From an uncultured Methanosarcinales archaeon (lineage in GTDB: Archaea; Nanobdellota; Nanobdellia; Woesearchaeales; GW2011-AR15), in assembly GCA_964441565.1 (NCBI GenBank), contig CAYTWW010000002.1:88032-152031 (forward strand): a stretch of 64,000 nt of DNA, written 5' to 3'. Below the pieces are notes generated by a model that saw only the letters and a program-made list of their open reading frames with translations, had not been told where the DNA came from and did not search any database. Position numbers and translations under genes: made by a program. Below are positions 38,319 through 47,196 of the stretch, piece by piece (the stretch's first letter is position 1; the number at the start of each line of letters is the position of its first letter).

Positions 38319-38458
38319 TGAGGGGATAGGGATTTGAACCCTAGTAGGCACTAAGCCAACAGATGACTTACATTGATCGTTCATCGCACTGCGATTTCGC
38401 AGCTCTCACCACTCAAATGCCTTGAGTCTGTCCCGTTTGGCCGCTCCGGCATCCCCTC
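38319..38458 (-). tRNA. tRNA-Leu(CAA) with a 56-nt intron at position 37/38 (intron about 38365-38420)
   Basis: GAGGGGA/TCCCCTC acceptor stem, ACAGA-CTCAAG..A-TCTGT anticodon arm, long variable arm, TAGGG-TTCAAAT-CCCTA T arm, discriminator A, no encoded CCA. Confidence 0.92.
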
Positions 38459-38492
38459 GTGAGGTAGAAGAACTCCGGTTGATTTATAAAGA

Positions 38493-38864
38493 TTATGAGA
38501 GCCTGCCGATCTCCTGCTCTACATCCCTGAGCTGCTGCTCAAGCTTCTCTAACTCGGTCATCTCCTTTATCGTCCCCCTCACCTTCATCTTGGTCTTGGG
38601 AGCATCGACGACCTTTGCCCTGAGATGTGTCTTTGGCAGAGTCGACCTCAGCTTTGTGAATAACAGGTCAAGCTCTCTGACAACAGTCTTGAGCTGCTGA
38701 GTTCGCTTCATCTTCTCAGCCCTTGTCTGCTCAAGCTTGGCATACAGTTGGAGGATCTGGATCATCTCTCTCGAGCATTCAAGTGTGTTCCTCCTGACAT
38801 CCAGCGGATTCTGCACACCTACGAAGAATCCTTCCCTGCTATCTTCGGTCTTTGGCATCTTCAC
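38493..38864 (-). CDS. Coiled-coil hypothetical protein
   Basis: Overlaps upstream gene; heptad pattern. Confidence 0.75.
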   Translation of the reverse strand: MKMPKTEDSREGFFVGVQNPLDVRRNTLECSREMIQILQLYAKLEQTRAEKMKRTQQLKTVVRELDLLFTKLRSTLPKTHLRAKVVDAPKTKMKVRGTIKEMTELEKLEQQLRDVEQEIGRLS

Positions 38865-39088
38865 AGTTTGGGTTCGAAGAGAGTCTGGTCGATGAAAGTC
38901 AGCTTCCTCTCGACATCCTCAAGTCCATTGCGCCACAGTTCAAGCTCAGAATCCTCCTGGTTCTTCAGATCATTGATCTTGCCCAGGATTGTCTTAGCTT
39001 CCTTGACCTTCTCCTGTATGAGCTCCATGATGTCGAGTATGTCCTTATACTCATCGATCTTGACGAATACGTTCATGCCTTGTTGCAT
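38861..39088 (-). CDS. Small coiled-coil protein, paralog of the upstream gene's C-terminus
   Basis: VFVKIDEY...KLTFIDQTLFE; GGTGA SD. Confidence 0.8.
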   Translation of the reverse strand: MQQGMNVFVKIDEYKDILDIMELIQEKVKEAKTILGKINDLKNQEDSELELWRNGLEDVERKLTFIDQTLFEPKL

Positions 39089-39092
39089 ATGA

Positions 39093-39914
39093 TCACCCTT
39101 CGAATAGAGTCTTGTCTATGAAGATCAGCTTCCTCTGGATCTCCTCGATAGCTTTCTTGAACTCAGAGAATTCTACATCTGCGTTCTTCTTCAGGTTCTC
39201 GAGCCGGAATACTGTCTCTTCAGATTCTGTGAGCATGTCTTTTATGTCTATGAAGTTGTTGAGCGCCTGCCTGTAGAGGTCTGTCCTCACAAAGAGTGGC
39301 TTCTGGAGCTTCCTGTGCCTGTCATGCGAATACGGCTGCTCGATATCGCTGATCTTAGGGTGCCTGTAGAGATATTTCTCCTCAAGCTTCTCAAGCTCCA
39401 GCGGTGATATCTCGCTTCTCAGGTTTGGCGGAGGAGCAGGAACCTCGATCTCCGGTCTTGGCTGGCTCTTTGGTGTTCCCTGGACCCCCATCGTGAAAGC
39501 AGGCAGCTCATTCTTCTGCTCTGAGAAAGTTGGCAGCTGTTGCTTAGGAGGAGGTGTCAGAGGCTCCATAGTGAATCTTGGTTTAATATCGCTTTGGACA
39601 GGCCGCGCAGGAATTTCTGCTCCAGGAAGCTCAGGCCTTTGTGGAGGGGAAGGAGGGATCTTCGGGACGCTCATCGGTTGAGTCACTGCCTGCACTGGCT
39701 GCAAACCAGGTGTGGTCGGCACAGCCTGTTGCATAGGTGCCAAAGGCTGCATAGGCGGCATCGGTTGCATCGGCGGAACCGGAAGTGGCGGATCCATCGG
39801 CTTGAACTCAGGAAAATCTATAGGAGGGGGAGCTGGCAGACCTTCGGAAGGCTTAGGAGGTGAATCTGAGAAATCCAGAGTTTTTTTCTTTTGCTTGAAT
39901 TCAAACAGACCCAT
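39093..39914 (-). CDS. Pro-rich protein with C-terminal coiled-coil domain
   Basis: MGLF start, Pro-rich linker, PLFVRTDLY...KLIFIDKTLFEG. Confidence 0.8.
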   Translation of the reverse strand: MGLFEFKQKKKTLDFSDSPPKPSEGLPAPPPIDFPEFKPMDPPLPVPPMQPMPPMQPLAPMQQAVPTTPGLQPVQAVTQPMSVPKIPPSPPQRPELPGAEIPARPVQSDIKPRFTMEPLTPPPKQQLPTFSEQKNELPAFTMGVQGTPKSQPRPEIEVPAPPPNLRSEISPLELEKLEEKYLYRHPKISDIEQPYSHDRHRKLQKPLFVRTDLYRQALNNFIDIKDMLTESEETVFRLENLKKNADVEFSEFKKAIEEIQRKLIFIDKTLFEG

Positions 39915-40086
39915 ATTATTGAAGCATATATTCCAGGGCCATTTTAAACTTTTTGCGTAACTCTTCAGAAGTAAATAATCCACTTTTCCTCTCCAAGAAT
40001 AAGGCAACAAGGCAGGATGGATTTCAATACTTGCGGATGAATAAAAAATAATATATAATAAGGCCTAATAGAGCAAAAATTTATCC

Positions 40087-42150
40087 ATGAAATACGATAT
40101 ATTATCCATATTTTTGATTTTTATGGTAACATTTCCACCACATGATGCAGAAGGCCTGACCATAACAGAAGTGATGCCGACTGGCCAGGAGTGGATCGAG
40201 ATCTGGACTGAAGAAGCGATAGATATCTATGGCTCGATTGTCAGAGATGCCAGCTCAGAAGACGAAATCAGCTGCTGTGATCCAGGATGCGATATGAACA
40301 TCAGCCCAGGCACATACTTCGTCATCACAACAGAGGGCATGCCTGGACATAATGTATTCTGTGTCGATGATAAAAAGATTGGCAATGGCATCGGTAACGA
40401 TGGCGACACCATCTCTTTCAATGTCGGCAACTCCTCTTCAGAAGTTAGCTTCAGCACCTCCCGGGAGAACCTTTCATTCTCTTTCGATACTGGATCCCCT
40501 AAGTATTCCAGACCGACACCAGGACATGCAAATGATATGCTACCGGACATCTTGGCTGAGCTCCTGCTGCCAGATACTATGTATATTGATCAGGCATATG
40601 GCTCTTTCAGGCTGACGGACCTATATGCAGGTCTTGGGAAGGAATTCAATGTGAGCATCTCTGTCTTCAATGGATCAGAGGTCGTCACCTATGTTTTTGA
40701 AGGGACTGTCGACAAGAGATTTGCAGGCGGAGAGATTTCCATTAGTACCGCAGGTAATTTCACAGCATGTCTTGAGCACGATATGACCAGCATCTGCAAG
40801 CAGATCGAGGTGATCGATATCAGCCAGGTCCCTTGCGATATGTCGATCTCAATCTCCGTCGATAAGGATATCTTAAAGCTAGGAGATGGCCTCAAGTACT
40901 CTCTTGATCTCAATGGTACTTTTCCCGCTGAGATTGAATACTGGATCGAGGATCTGGCAGGAACCACTGTCAAGCCGCCGTATGACACAAAGCTAGCAGG
41001 GAAGAAGACGTATACGCCTGAAGATGCTGGCGCATATATCATCAAGGCGAAGCTTCATGCATCCTGCGATGATTCTGAGGAAGGAAACATCGCTGAGAAG
41101 CTTTTCGCAGTCAAACAGGAGAGGATCGATGATAATATCGAGATACTCGATCTCTTCTTGGGAGGAAAGAAAGAGATCGTCTGCGGCAGCATGTTCGAGG
41201 TGAAGATCCATGCTTCAAGAGCAGACCACCAGAGCGGCGAGATAAAGGTATGGGTCGAAAAGGACGGTGTCAGGCAGAGCTATGTCTCTTACGGGAATCT
41301 TTACAGGAAGAACCAGGAGTCGGATCTGAGGATCCCCATCCTTATTAGGGATAATTGCAGGCAAGGCGAAGCCATGCTTGTCGCGTCTGCCTTCGGCTCA
41401 GTCGACAAAGATACGATCGCATTGACAGCTCCTGGAAGCTCTTCATTGCGCTTGACATCTGAACAGGAGGAAGGATATGTCAAGGTCCTTGTCGAATGTG
41501 AGCATGAAGGCACTCTCGCATATTCTTTGTACAAAGGCACTAGGAAGGTCATGGAGAACGAGACTTCTCATGATGGCACAAGCACAATCGCCTTTGATCT
41601 TGATGAAGGCACCTACACATTCAAGGCTGAGATCGGCAGTGCCAGGGGAGAGTATAAGTTCTCAGTCTCAGAGCAGAAGCCATTGATCAAGAGCTTCTAC
41701 ACGCTATCGAAGAAGAAGAGCGGAACGATAAATCTCTTCTCACGGATCCAGGGAGAAGGCCAGGTGGAACTTGAGAGCAGGAAAGAGACTGTCGTCATGC
41801 CAGCTGCAGGAGAGATGTCTTTCCCTGTAGAGCTGGAGAGGGGCAGGAACATCTTTGTCCTTAAGCTAATGGAGAAGAATAAGACAGTCGATACAAAAGC
41901 CATTGTCATCATGGGAGAGCAGGAGGATGAGCACCTGATTGAACTGCAAGCGACTAGTGTAAGTAACGAAAATTCCTCATTGGTTTCCCAGGGCAGAAGA
42001 AATGTAGATCTTATGACCGGGAATGTGGCAGAGGAAGTCTATATCTCATCATCAGAGCGCTCCCGATCATACGCTGTGATTTTCGCATGCCTTGCTGTCG
42101 TCGGAGCTGTGATAGCATCCTTCCTCCTGAGGCCACCAAAAGCATTATAA
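40087..42150 (+). CDS. Cell-surface protein with N-terminal lamin-tail domain and C-terminal TM anchor
   Basis: Signal peptide, ITEVMP..EWIEI, GIGNDGD, PTPGHAN, beta-rich domains. Confidence 0.8.
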   Translation: MKYDILSIFLIFMVTFPPHDAEGLTITEVMPTGQEWIEIWTEEAIDIYGSIVRDASSEDEISCCDPGCDMNISPGTYFVITTEGMPGHNVFCVDDKKIGNGIGNDGDTISFNVGNSSSEVSFSTSRENLSFSFDTGSPKYSRPTPGHANDMLPDILAELLLPDTMYIDQAYGSFRLTDLYAGLGKEFNVSISVFNGSEVVTYVFEGTVDKRFAGGEISISTAGNFTACLEHDMTSICKQIEVIDISQVPCDMSISISVDKDILKLGDGLKYSLDLNGTFPAEIEYWIEDLAGTTVKPPYDTKLAGKKTYTPEDAGAYIIKAKLHASCDDSEEGNIAEKLFAVKQERIDDNIEILDLFLGGKKEIVCGSMFEVKIHASRADHQSGEIKVWVEKDGVRQSYVSYGNLYRKNQESDLRIPILIRDNCRQGEAMLVASAFGSVDKDTIALTAPGSSSLRLTSEQEEGYVKVLVECEHEGTLAYSLYKGTRKVMENETSHDGTSTIAFDLDEGTYTFKAEIGSARGEYKFSVSEQKPLIKSFYTLSKKKSGTINLFSRIQGEGQVELESRKETVVMPAAGEMSFPVELERGRNIFVLKLMEKNKTVDTKAIVIMGEQEDEHLIELQATSVSNENSSLVSQGRRNVDLMTGNVAEEVYISSSERSRSYAVIFACLAVVGAVIASFLLRPPKAL

Positions 42151-42173
42151 AGCGCCGGGTTTTCAGGAGGCTT

Positions 42174-42767
42174 ATGAACGAGAGGGAGATAAAGTCGAGG
42201 GTCGCCGAAGGGTGGATCCATTTCAGGGCAATCATCGAAGTCGCAGGGATCCCAAAAGAGCATGTCAAGGAGACCCTTGCCGGACATATGAAGAAGATCG
42301 AGGAGAACAAGTCGCTCGCCCTCATCTCGAAGAAGATCAATCCTCCAAAGAAGGAAGAAGAATACTTTGTGGCATTCGCCGAGGCAGAGGCCTTGGTCAA
42401 GAACACAAAGGAACTGATCAGCTTCTGCTTCTACTTCATGCCATCGCATATCGAGATACTCGATCCAGAGCAGATGATGTATGACATGCAGGACATGGCA
42501 GACTTCCTAAACGACCTTCAGGCAAGGCTCCACGCAGTGAATATCGGCATACAGGATTATCAGCAGAAGAATGCAAACCTGGTCAAGAACACGACCACGA
42601 TAATCAGCAACTTCATTATGTGGACCTTGCATGAGCCTAGGACACTGGCTGAGATGTCCAAGATAACCGGCATCAAGGGGGAGGAGCTGGAGAAGCTTCT
42701 CGCTGCACTGGAGAAGGAGAAGAAGGTTCACAAGAAAGGGGAAAAGTATTCGCTGAAAAATGGCTGA
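42174..42767 (+). CDS. Hypothetical protein with C-terminal winged-helix-like segment
   Basis: GGAGG SD; overlaps scpB start. Confidence 0.75.
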   Translation: MNEREIKSRVAEGWIHFRAIIEVAGIPKEHVKETLAGHMKKIEENKSLALISKKINPPKKEEEYFVAFAEAEALVKNTKELISFCFYFMPSHIEILDPEQMMYDMQDMADFLNDLQARLHAVNIGIQDYQQKNANLVKNTTTIISNFIMWTLHEPRTLAEMSKITGIKGEELEKLLAALEKEKKVHKKGEKYSLKNG

Positions 42768-43473
42768 TTACAAGAACCAGATCGAGGCGCTGCTATTTTC
42801 GTCAGGCCGGTTCATGGAAGCTGAGACGCTCGTAAACCTTATCGGAGCTTCAGGCAAAGGTGTCATCGTCAGCAACATAAATAAGCTCAAGGAAGAATAC
42901 GAGGCTCGGGATTCTCCACTTATGATAGTCGAGGAGAACGATTCCTGGAAGATAAATGTCAGGGAAAGGTATCTCCCGCTTGTGAGGCGCATAGTCGCAG
43001 AGCTTGAGCTGCCAAAGACAGTCCTTGAGACACTTGCGGTCATCGCATGGAAGGCGCCTGTCCTCCAGAGCGATGTCATCGACATTCGGCATAACAAAGC
43101 ATATGAGCACATCGACCAGCTTGAGCAGCTCGGATTCGTCATCAAGGAGAAGATGGGGAGGAGCTATCAGCTCAAGCTCTCAAGCAAGTTCTTCGACTAC
43201 TTCGAAGTGGATGGGAACAAGGGCATCAGGGAGATCTTCAAGGACATGAAGAAACCGCAAGAAGAGCAGCCGCCAGCAGGAGAGATTTCTGTACCCATAG
43301 CGCCCATCTCATCAGTTGCACCAGTTCAACAGGAATCTGCATTGGAGACAGTCCAAAAAGAACCTGTCCCCCCTGCCGAGGAGAAAGTTGCTGAGCCTGC
43401 CGACAGTGTCGAGCCGAAGGATCCGCTTGATGAAAAGCAGGAGGAGAATTTCCAGCCTGGCCTTGACGACTGA
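42760..43473 (+). CDS. scpB: SMC-Scp complex subunit ScpB
   Basis: IEALLFSS, LETLAVIAWKAPVLQSDVIDIR, FFDYF. Confidence 0.92.
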   Translation: MADYKNQIEALLFSSGRFMEAETLVNLIGASGKGVIVSNINKLKEEYEARDSPLMIVEENDSWKINVRERYLPLVRRIVAELELPKTVLETLAVIAWKAPVLQSDVIDIRHNKAYEHIDQLEQLGFVIKEKMGRSYQLKLSSKFFDYFEVDGNKGIREIFKDMKKPQEEQPPAGEISVPIAPISSVAPVQQESALETVQKEPVPPAEEKVAEPADSVEPKDPLDEKQEENFQPGLDD

Positions 43474-43521
43474 GTTGTCAAAAAAGCACTCTGAATATCA
43501 GTCGACATTCTGGTCGCTTCC

Positions 43522-43878
43522 AATCACCAAGGCACTGAGGACTTCGTCCTGGTGCCGCTCGAATTCTCTCGTGGTGATCAGGACTAGCATCACTCGAGGT
43601 GTCTCGTGATTTCCGATATCACGCAATGGAAGCGGTGATCGGAATTAACAAACGTCTTTAGTTTTTCCAGGTCTCTTTTTTTGAGAACTTGTAGATGTTT
43701 CAAAAAAAAGAGATTTTCAGTTACGAAAAAACTTCAAAAATTCTTTTTACTCCCCTCACTGCACATGACCGTAGAAGGGAGCCTCTGGCGCTTCTGTTAT
43801 TGGCTCAATAGGATCACAAGGCACTTAGGACTTACGTCACTATAACCTCTGGTCCCAGGCAAGAGCCTCCGGCACTTC
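43522..43878. repeat. Dispersed structured element, copy D, plus a short internally deleted derivative (43815-43878)
   Basis: AATCACCAAGGCACTGAGGACTTCGTCCTGGTGCC; TTCCGAT..ATCGGAA; TTTTTCCAGGTCTC..GAGATTTTCAG; CTCCCCTCACTGCAC..GGGAGCCTCTGGCGCTTC; then CAAGGCACTTAGGACTTACGTC..GAGCCTCCGGCACTTC. Confidence 0.85.
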
Positions 43879-43972
43879 TCTGTGAATGCGTTTCGAATTG
43901 CACAAATCACCTCTGAGTAAGACTCGCCTATTCACAAAACTTATAAACCCTTTCTCTTATAGTAGTCTTCTG

Positions 43973-44830
43973 ATGGACAGTTTTCATGAGTACATGAAGC
44001 AACAGCTCAAGCGTTACATCAAAGAAGAGCAGAAGAAAGGAGTTCCTATAGAGCATATCGTCCAGATCCTCCTGAATGCAGGCCATGAGAACAATGTCCT
44101 CGATGAAGTCGTGCGTGAGATGCAGGCCGAGCAGGCAGGTGCTGTCGCTGAGCAGCCTGCAGATGCTGCTGAGAAAGATATAGTCGCCAATCTCAAGGCT
44201 TCTATCCTGGGATTCATGGGCCAGGCTACTGCGAAGGAGGCAAAGGAAGCCAAAGCAGAGATTAAGAAGGGGGGATCAGAGGCGATTGTCGAAGAGGCTA
44301 TACAGGAGTATGAAGTCGAGCAGGAGACCTATATTGCCGAAGGCACCACATTCTTTCTCTATATTGCTGCCCTTGTCGTCCTCACGCTTTTCACTGCAGG
44401 CCAAACAGGCGATGATTTCGTCTATGTCGCGATGGGGCTTGCTCCTGCGTTCCTGAACACATTCATATCATTCGCGTTGATCAGGTTCGCTGATTATGTA
44501 CCTGTCTTCATGCTTCTCCCCGCTGTTGTCGGCGGTGCGTTCTATGCATTGGGAGCTACAGGCAGGATACCAATCATGGCAAGGATGGAGGTTGAAGCGC
44601 TTGCAATAATCAATGTCGTCCTTGCGCTTTTCTTCAATCTCGCGCTCATCGTGGTCCATTCGATCAAACCGAAGCCGATCACTCAGTTCGAGCACAAGGA
44701 ACCAGTCGCTGCTGTGCCGCATCACCATCCCAGTCATATCCCTGCCCAACCTGTTATGCAAGAACCGCCGCATATCAGGAGGTTTGAATCGCATATCGAT
44801 GACCTCAGGAAGGAATTCAATCTAAGATGA
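43973..44830 (+). CDS. Membrane protein (4 TM) with soluble N-terminal domain
   Basis: YIKEEQKKG..ILLNAGH small helical domain, then TM helices. Confidence 0.75.
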   Translation: MDSFHEYMKQQLKRYIKEEQKKGVPIEHIVQILLNAGHENNVLDEVVREMQAEQAGAVAEQPADAAEKDIVANLKASILGFMGQATAKEAKEAKAEIKKGGSEAIVEEAIQEYEVEQETYIAEGTTFFLYIAALVVLTLFTAGQTGDDFVYVAMGLAPAFLNTFISFALIRFADYVPVFMLLPAVVGGAFYALGATGRIPIMARMEVEALAIINVVLALFFNLALIVVHSIKPKPITQFEHKEPVAAVPHHHPSHIPAQPVMQEPPHIRRFESHIDDLRKEFNLR

Positions 44831-44958
44831 TGACTCTTCAATGCCCAAGGTGTGGCAACAAGATGAAGTATCAGCCTGCGGGCCCGAGCATCATAGGAAA
44901 ATCGAAGAGATGCGTATACTGCGGAAGGAGCTTCAAGGTCATTGCGAACAGAGCATAG
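44827..44958 (+). CDS. 43-aa Zn-ribbon protein (missing from ORF track)
   Basis: MMTLQCPRCGNKMKYQPAGPSIIGKSKRCVYCGRSFKVIANRA; ATGA overlap with upstream stop. Confidence 0.8.
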   Translation: MMTLQCPRCGNKMKYQPAGPSIIGKSKRCVYCGRSFKVIANRA

Positions 44959-44989
44959 TTTTATTTCTGGGTAGGTTTTCCCCTGACAG

Positions 44990-45439
44990 ATGAAGTATGC
45001 CCACAATATCGAGCTGCGTGTCTTCTGCAAGGGAGGAGACGATGAGCTGCAGCTGACAAACGTAATGCATGAGCTCGTGGACCTCGACTTCGAGAAGGAG
45101 AAGATAGAGCTGAAGAAGCAGAAGGCAGAGCTATTCGATGAGCGAAGCCTGACGATAATGATAGTCTTCCTGGATAAGCAGAGGCACACGACCAAGTTCC
45201 TTGACGACCTCTTCAAGCGGCTTTCCTCTGAGCAGAAAGATATCATCAAGAGGCAGCTCGAATCGAGGCTTGACGAGAAGCTGCATTTCTTCATCAGGCT
45301 GGACAAGCCAAAGCTCCTCGAAGGAGACTACTGGCTGACAGACTCCGGGGATTGCTTCCATATGAACATCGCGATCGCCGCATACCCGCACACAAGGTTC
45401 GCAGCCCGTGATATCATAATGAAGATGCTTGATGCCTGA
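44990..45439 (+). CDS. Archaeal RNA-binding protein (COG1325/DUF54-like)
   Basis: HNIELRVF, RLDEKLHFFIRLDK, IAAYP. Confidence 0.75.
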   Translation: MKYAHNIELRVFCKGGDDELQLTNVMHELVDLDFEKEKIELKKQKAELFDERSLTIMIVFLDKQRHTTKFLDDLFKRLSSEQKDIIKRQLESRLDEKLHFFIRLDKPKLLEGDYWLTDSGDCFHMNIAIAAYPHTRFAARDIIMKMLDA

Positions 45440-45479
45440 CCAGAAATATTTATATAGTCTCCAGAGCTAGGTCAGATGC

Positions 45480-45746
45480 ATGGGAATAGATTCTGATCTT
45501 GAACAGACCTACAGGAAGCTTGAGGTCGAGCTATCCAGGATGAGGCTCAACCTCACCAAGAAGACGGACAGGAAGCAGCTGCTAAAAGACATGAAGCTCT
45601 TGGTCGCAGACATGAAGCAGCTCAACAAGGATATCGAGCATCCGCCTGCCAAGCCTGTGGCAAGGCCAGTGAAGAAGCCGAAGTCGACAGTCAGGAAGGT
45701 AGGCTACAAGAGGCTACTAGAATCTATCGATAGGAGCGTGAGATGA
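45480..45746 (+). CDS. Hypothetical protein
   Basis: Follows TTTATATA TATA box; abuts next gene. Confidence 0.65.
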   Translation: MGIDSDLEQTYRKLEVELSRMRLNLTKKTDRKQLLKDMKLLVADMKQLNKDIEHPPAKPVARPVKKPKSTVRKVGYKRLLESIDRSVR

Positions 45747-46262
45747 ATGGCTGAGAAATTCGAGAAGATAATAACACTCATCAACGTCGAGCTTGATGAG
45801 GAGCATAAGCACGCAATGAGGAAGATCAGGAACCTCGAGGTCAAGAAGGAGCAGCAGAAGATCCAGGGCCAGCAGCGCCTTCTAGCTCTCAAGGAGAGAA
45901 ACAGGAAGCTGGAGGAAGCGCTCCCCAAGCTCAATGCAGAGATCCTTGAGCTCCAGAAGCAGAATACATCCCTGCTGTCTCACTACAAGGCCAACGAGAA
46001 GAAACAGGCTGTACTCAAGAAAGACATCGAGGAGAAGCAGAAGCTCCTCAGGCAGCTCCTCGCGTCCCATGAGAAGCTCGTCGATGAGATGAAAGAGCGA
46101 AACAGGAGGGAAGGCCAGCTCATGCAGAGGACAGAGAAGATCATCTTCTTCAAGAAGCAGCTGACAAACCTCATGAAGAAGACAAAGGCCGAGATCTCCC
46201 GTCTTGAATTCGAGCTTGACGCCCTTGCGAAGGAAGAGAAGAAGGTAGATGGGAAGGCTTGA
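45747..46262 (+). CDS. Coiled-coil protein
   Basis: Lys/Glu-rich heptads. Confidence 0.7.
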   Translation: MAEKFEKIITLINVELDEEHKHAMRKIRNLEVKKEQQKIQGQQRLLALKERNRKLEEALPKLNAEILELQKQNTSLLSHYKANEKKQAVLKKDIEEKQKLLRQLLASHEKLVDEMKERNRREGQLMQRTEKIIFFKKQLTNLMKKTKAEISRLEFELDALAKEEKKVDGKA

Positions 46263-47196
46263 GAGGATACTTTCCCGCTTCTCTCCGTTCGATAAGAGCC
46301 CGGAATACAAGGCTGCCCTGATATCTGGATATGCAAGAGCTGATGACCGCATCCTATCACTCTATGAAGCAGTCCTTGATGCGCTCCTGGATTTCCTTGA
46401 CCAACCGGAGCTGGGTCTTTCAGTCGAGAACCTCGGCATCTTATGCTTCCTTGATATCGAGCGTACACTTTTCCTCCAGACAGCCTTAGGAAGATCTATA
46501 GTCCTTCCATCACGAACATGCATCCACCTTGGTGCAGGCACAGGCATCCTCGGCCTTACTGCGCTCGCATTCGGCATAGACAAGGTGATCCTTGTCGAGA
46601 ATGACAAGCAATGCGTCAGCTTCATCTCATTCTTCCTGGAAAAGACCGGCTATAAGAAGAGGGGGAAGACGTACAAGAAAGATGGAAAGACCGTCATTCT
46701 TATGGCCGAAGATGCACGTACCATAGATGTCCCTGATGTTGATCTTGTTATCTGTGAGCTCCTTGAGACGCATCTGATCTCAGAGGACCAGGTCTCAGCT
46801 CTTAAAAACATCAGTAAGCACGCTAAGGATGCAGTCTTCTTCCCATCAAAAGATGAGCTTTACCTCTCCCTGGCATCGAAGGATGAGAAGGATGTGACAA
46901 CTAGCCTTAAGATAGGTGAAGTCGATTTCTCAAGGATAGCTGATGAAGGCATATCATTCTCAGGAGAACTCATCGCCAGTAGGTCAGCGAAAGCGCATTA
47001 CCTCAAGCTCTGGGATGTCCTCACATTCCCTGACGGGACTGTCTGCGACAGGGAATTCTTCATGATGCTCCAGAGGAAGCTGATCCACCTGAAAGGATGG
47101 GAGCCGCAGCTAAGGAAGGGAGACAGATACAGGGCTTATGCCAGGTTCAGGTTCGGCCAGGATGATTATTCAGGTTACGGGATCGAGAGCATATGA
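46249..47196 (+). CDS. SAM-dependent methyltransferase, PRMT-like (COG4076-like)
   Basis: HLGAGTGILG, VILVEND, DLVICELLETHLISE double-Glu loop, beta-rich C-terminal domain. Confidence 0.75.
   Translation: MGRLERILSRFSPFDKSPEYKAALISGYARADDRILSLYEAVLDALLDFLDQPELGLSVENLGILCFLDIERTLFLQTALGRSIVLPSRTCIHLGAGTGILGLTALAFGIDKVILVENDKQCVSFISFFLEKTGYKKRGKTYKKDGKTVILMAEDARTIDVPDVDLVICELLETHLISEDQVSALKNISKHAKDAVFFPSKDELYLSLASKDEKDVTTSLKIGEVDFSRIADEGISFSGELIASRSAKAHYLKLWDVLTFPDGTVCDREFFMMLQRKLIHLKGWEPQLRKGDRYRAYARFRFGQDDYSGYGIESI

Noticed and set aside
39540..39960. Repetitive + strand ORFs (Gly/Cys/Ile-rich and Arg/His-rich)
   Set aside because: Antisense reflection of the Pro-Met-Gln repeats in the minus-strand gene.
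43655..43725. Hammerhead ribozyme or known riboswitch reading of the repeat (CTGAAAA...GAAA on the minus strand)
   Set aside because: It lacks the CUGANGA core, and I could not fit glycine, cobalamin or group II intron domain V consensus beyond a few bases.
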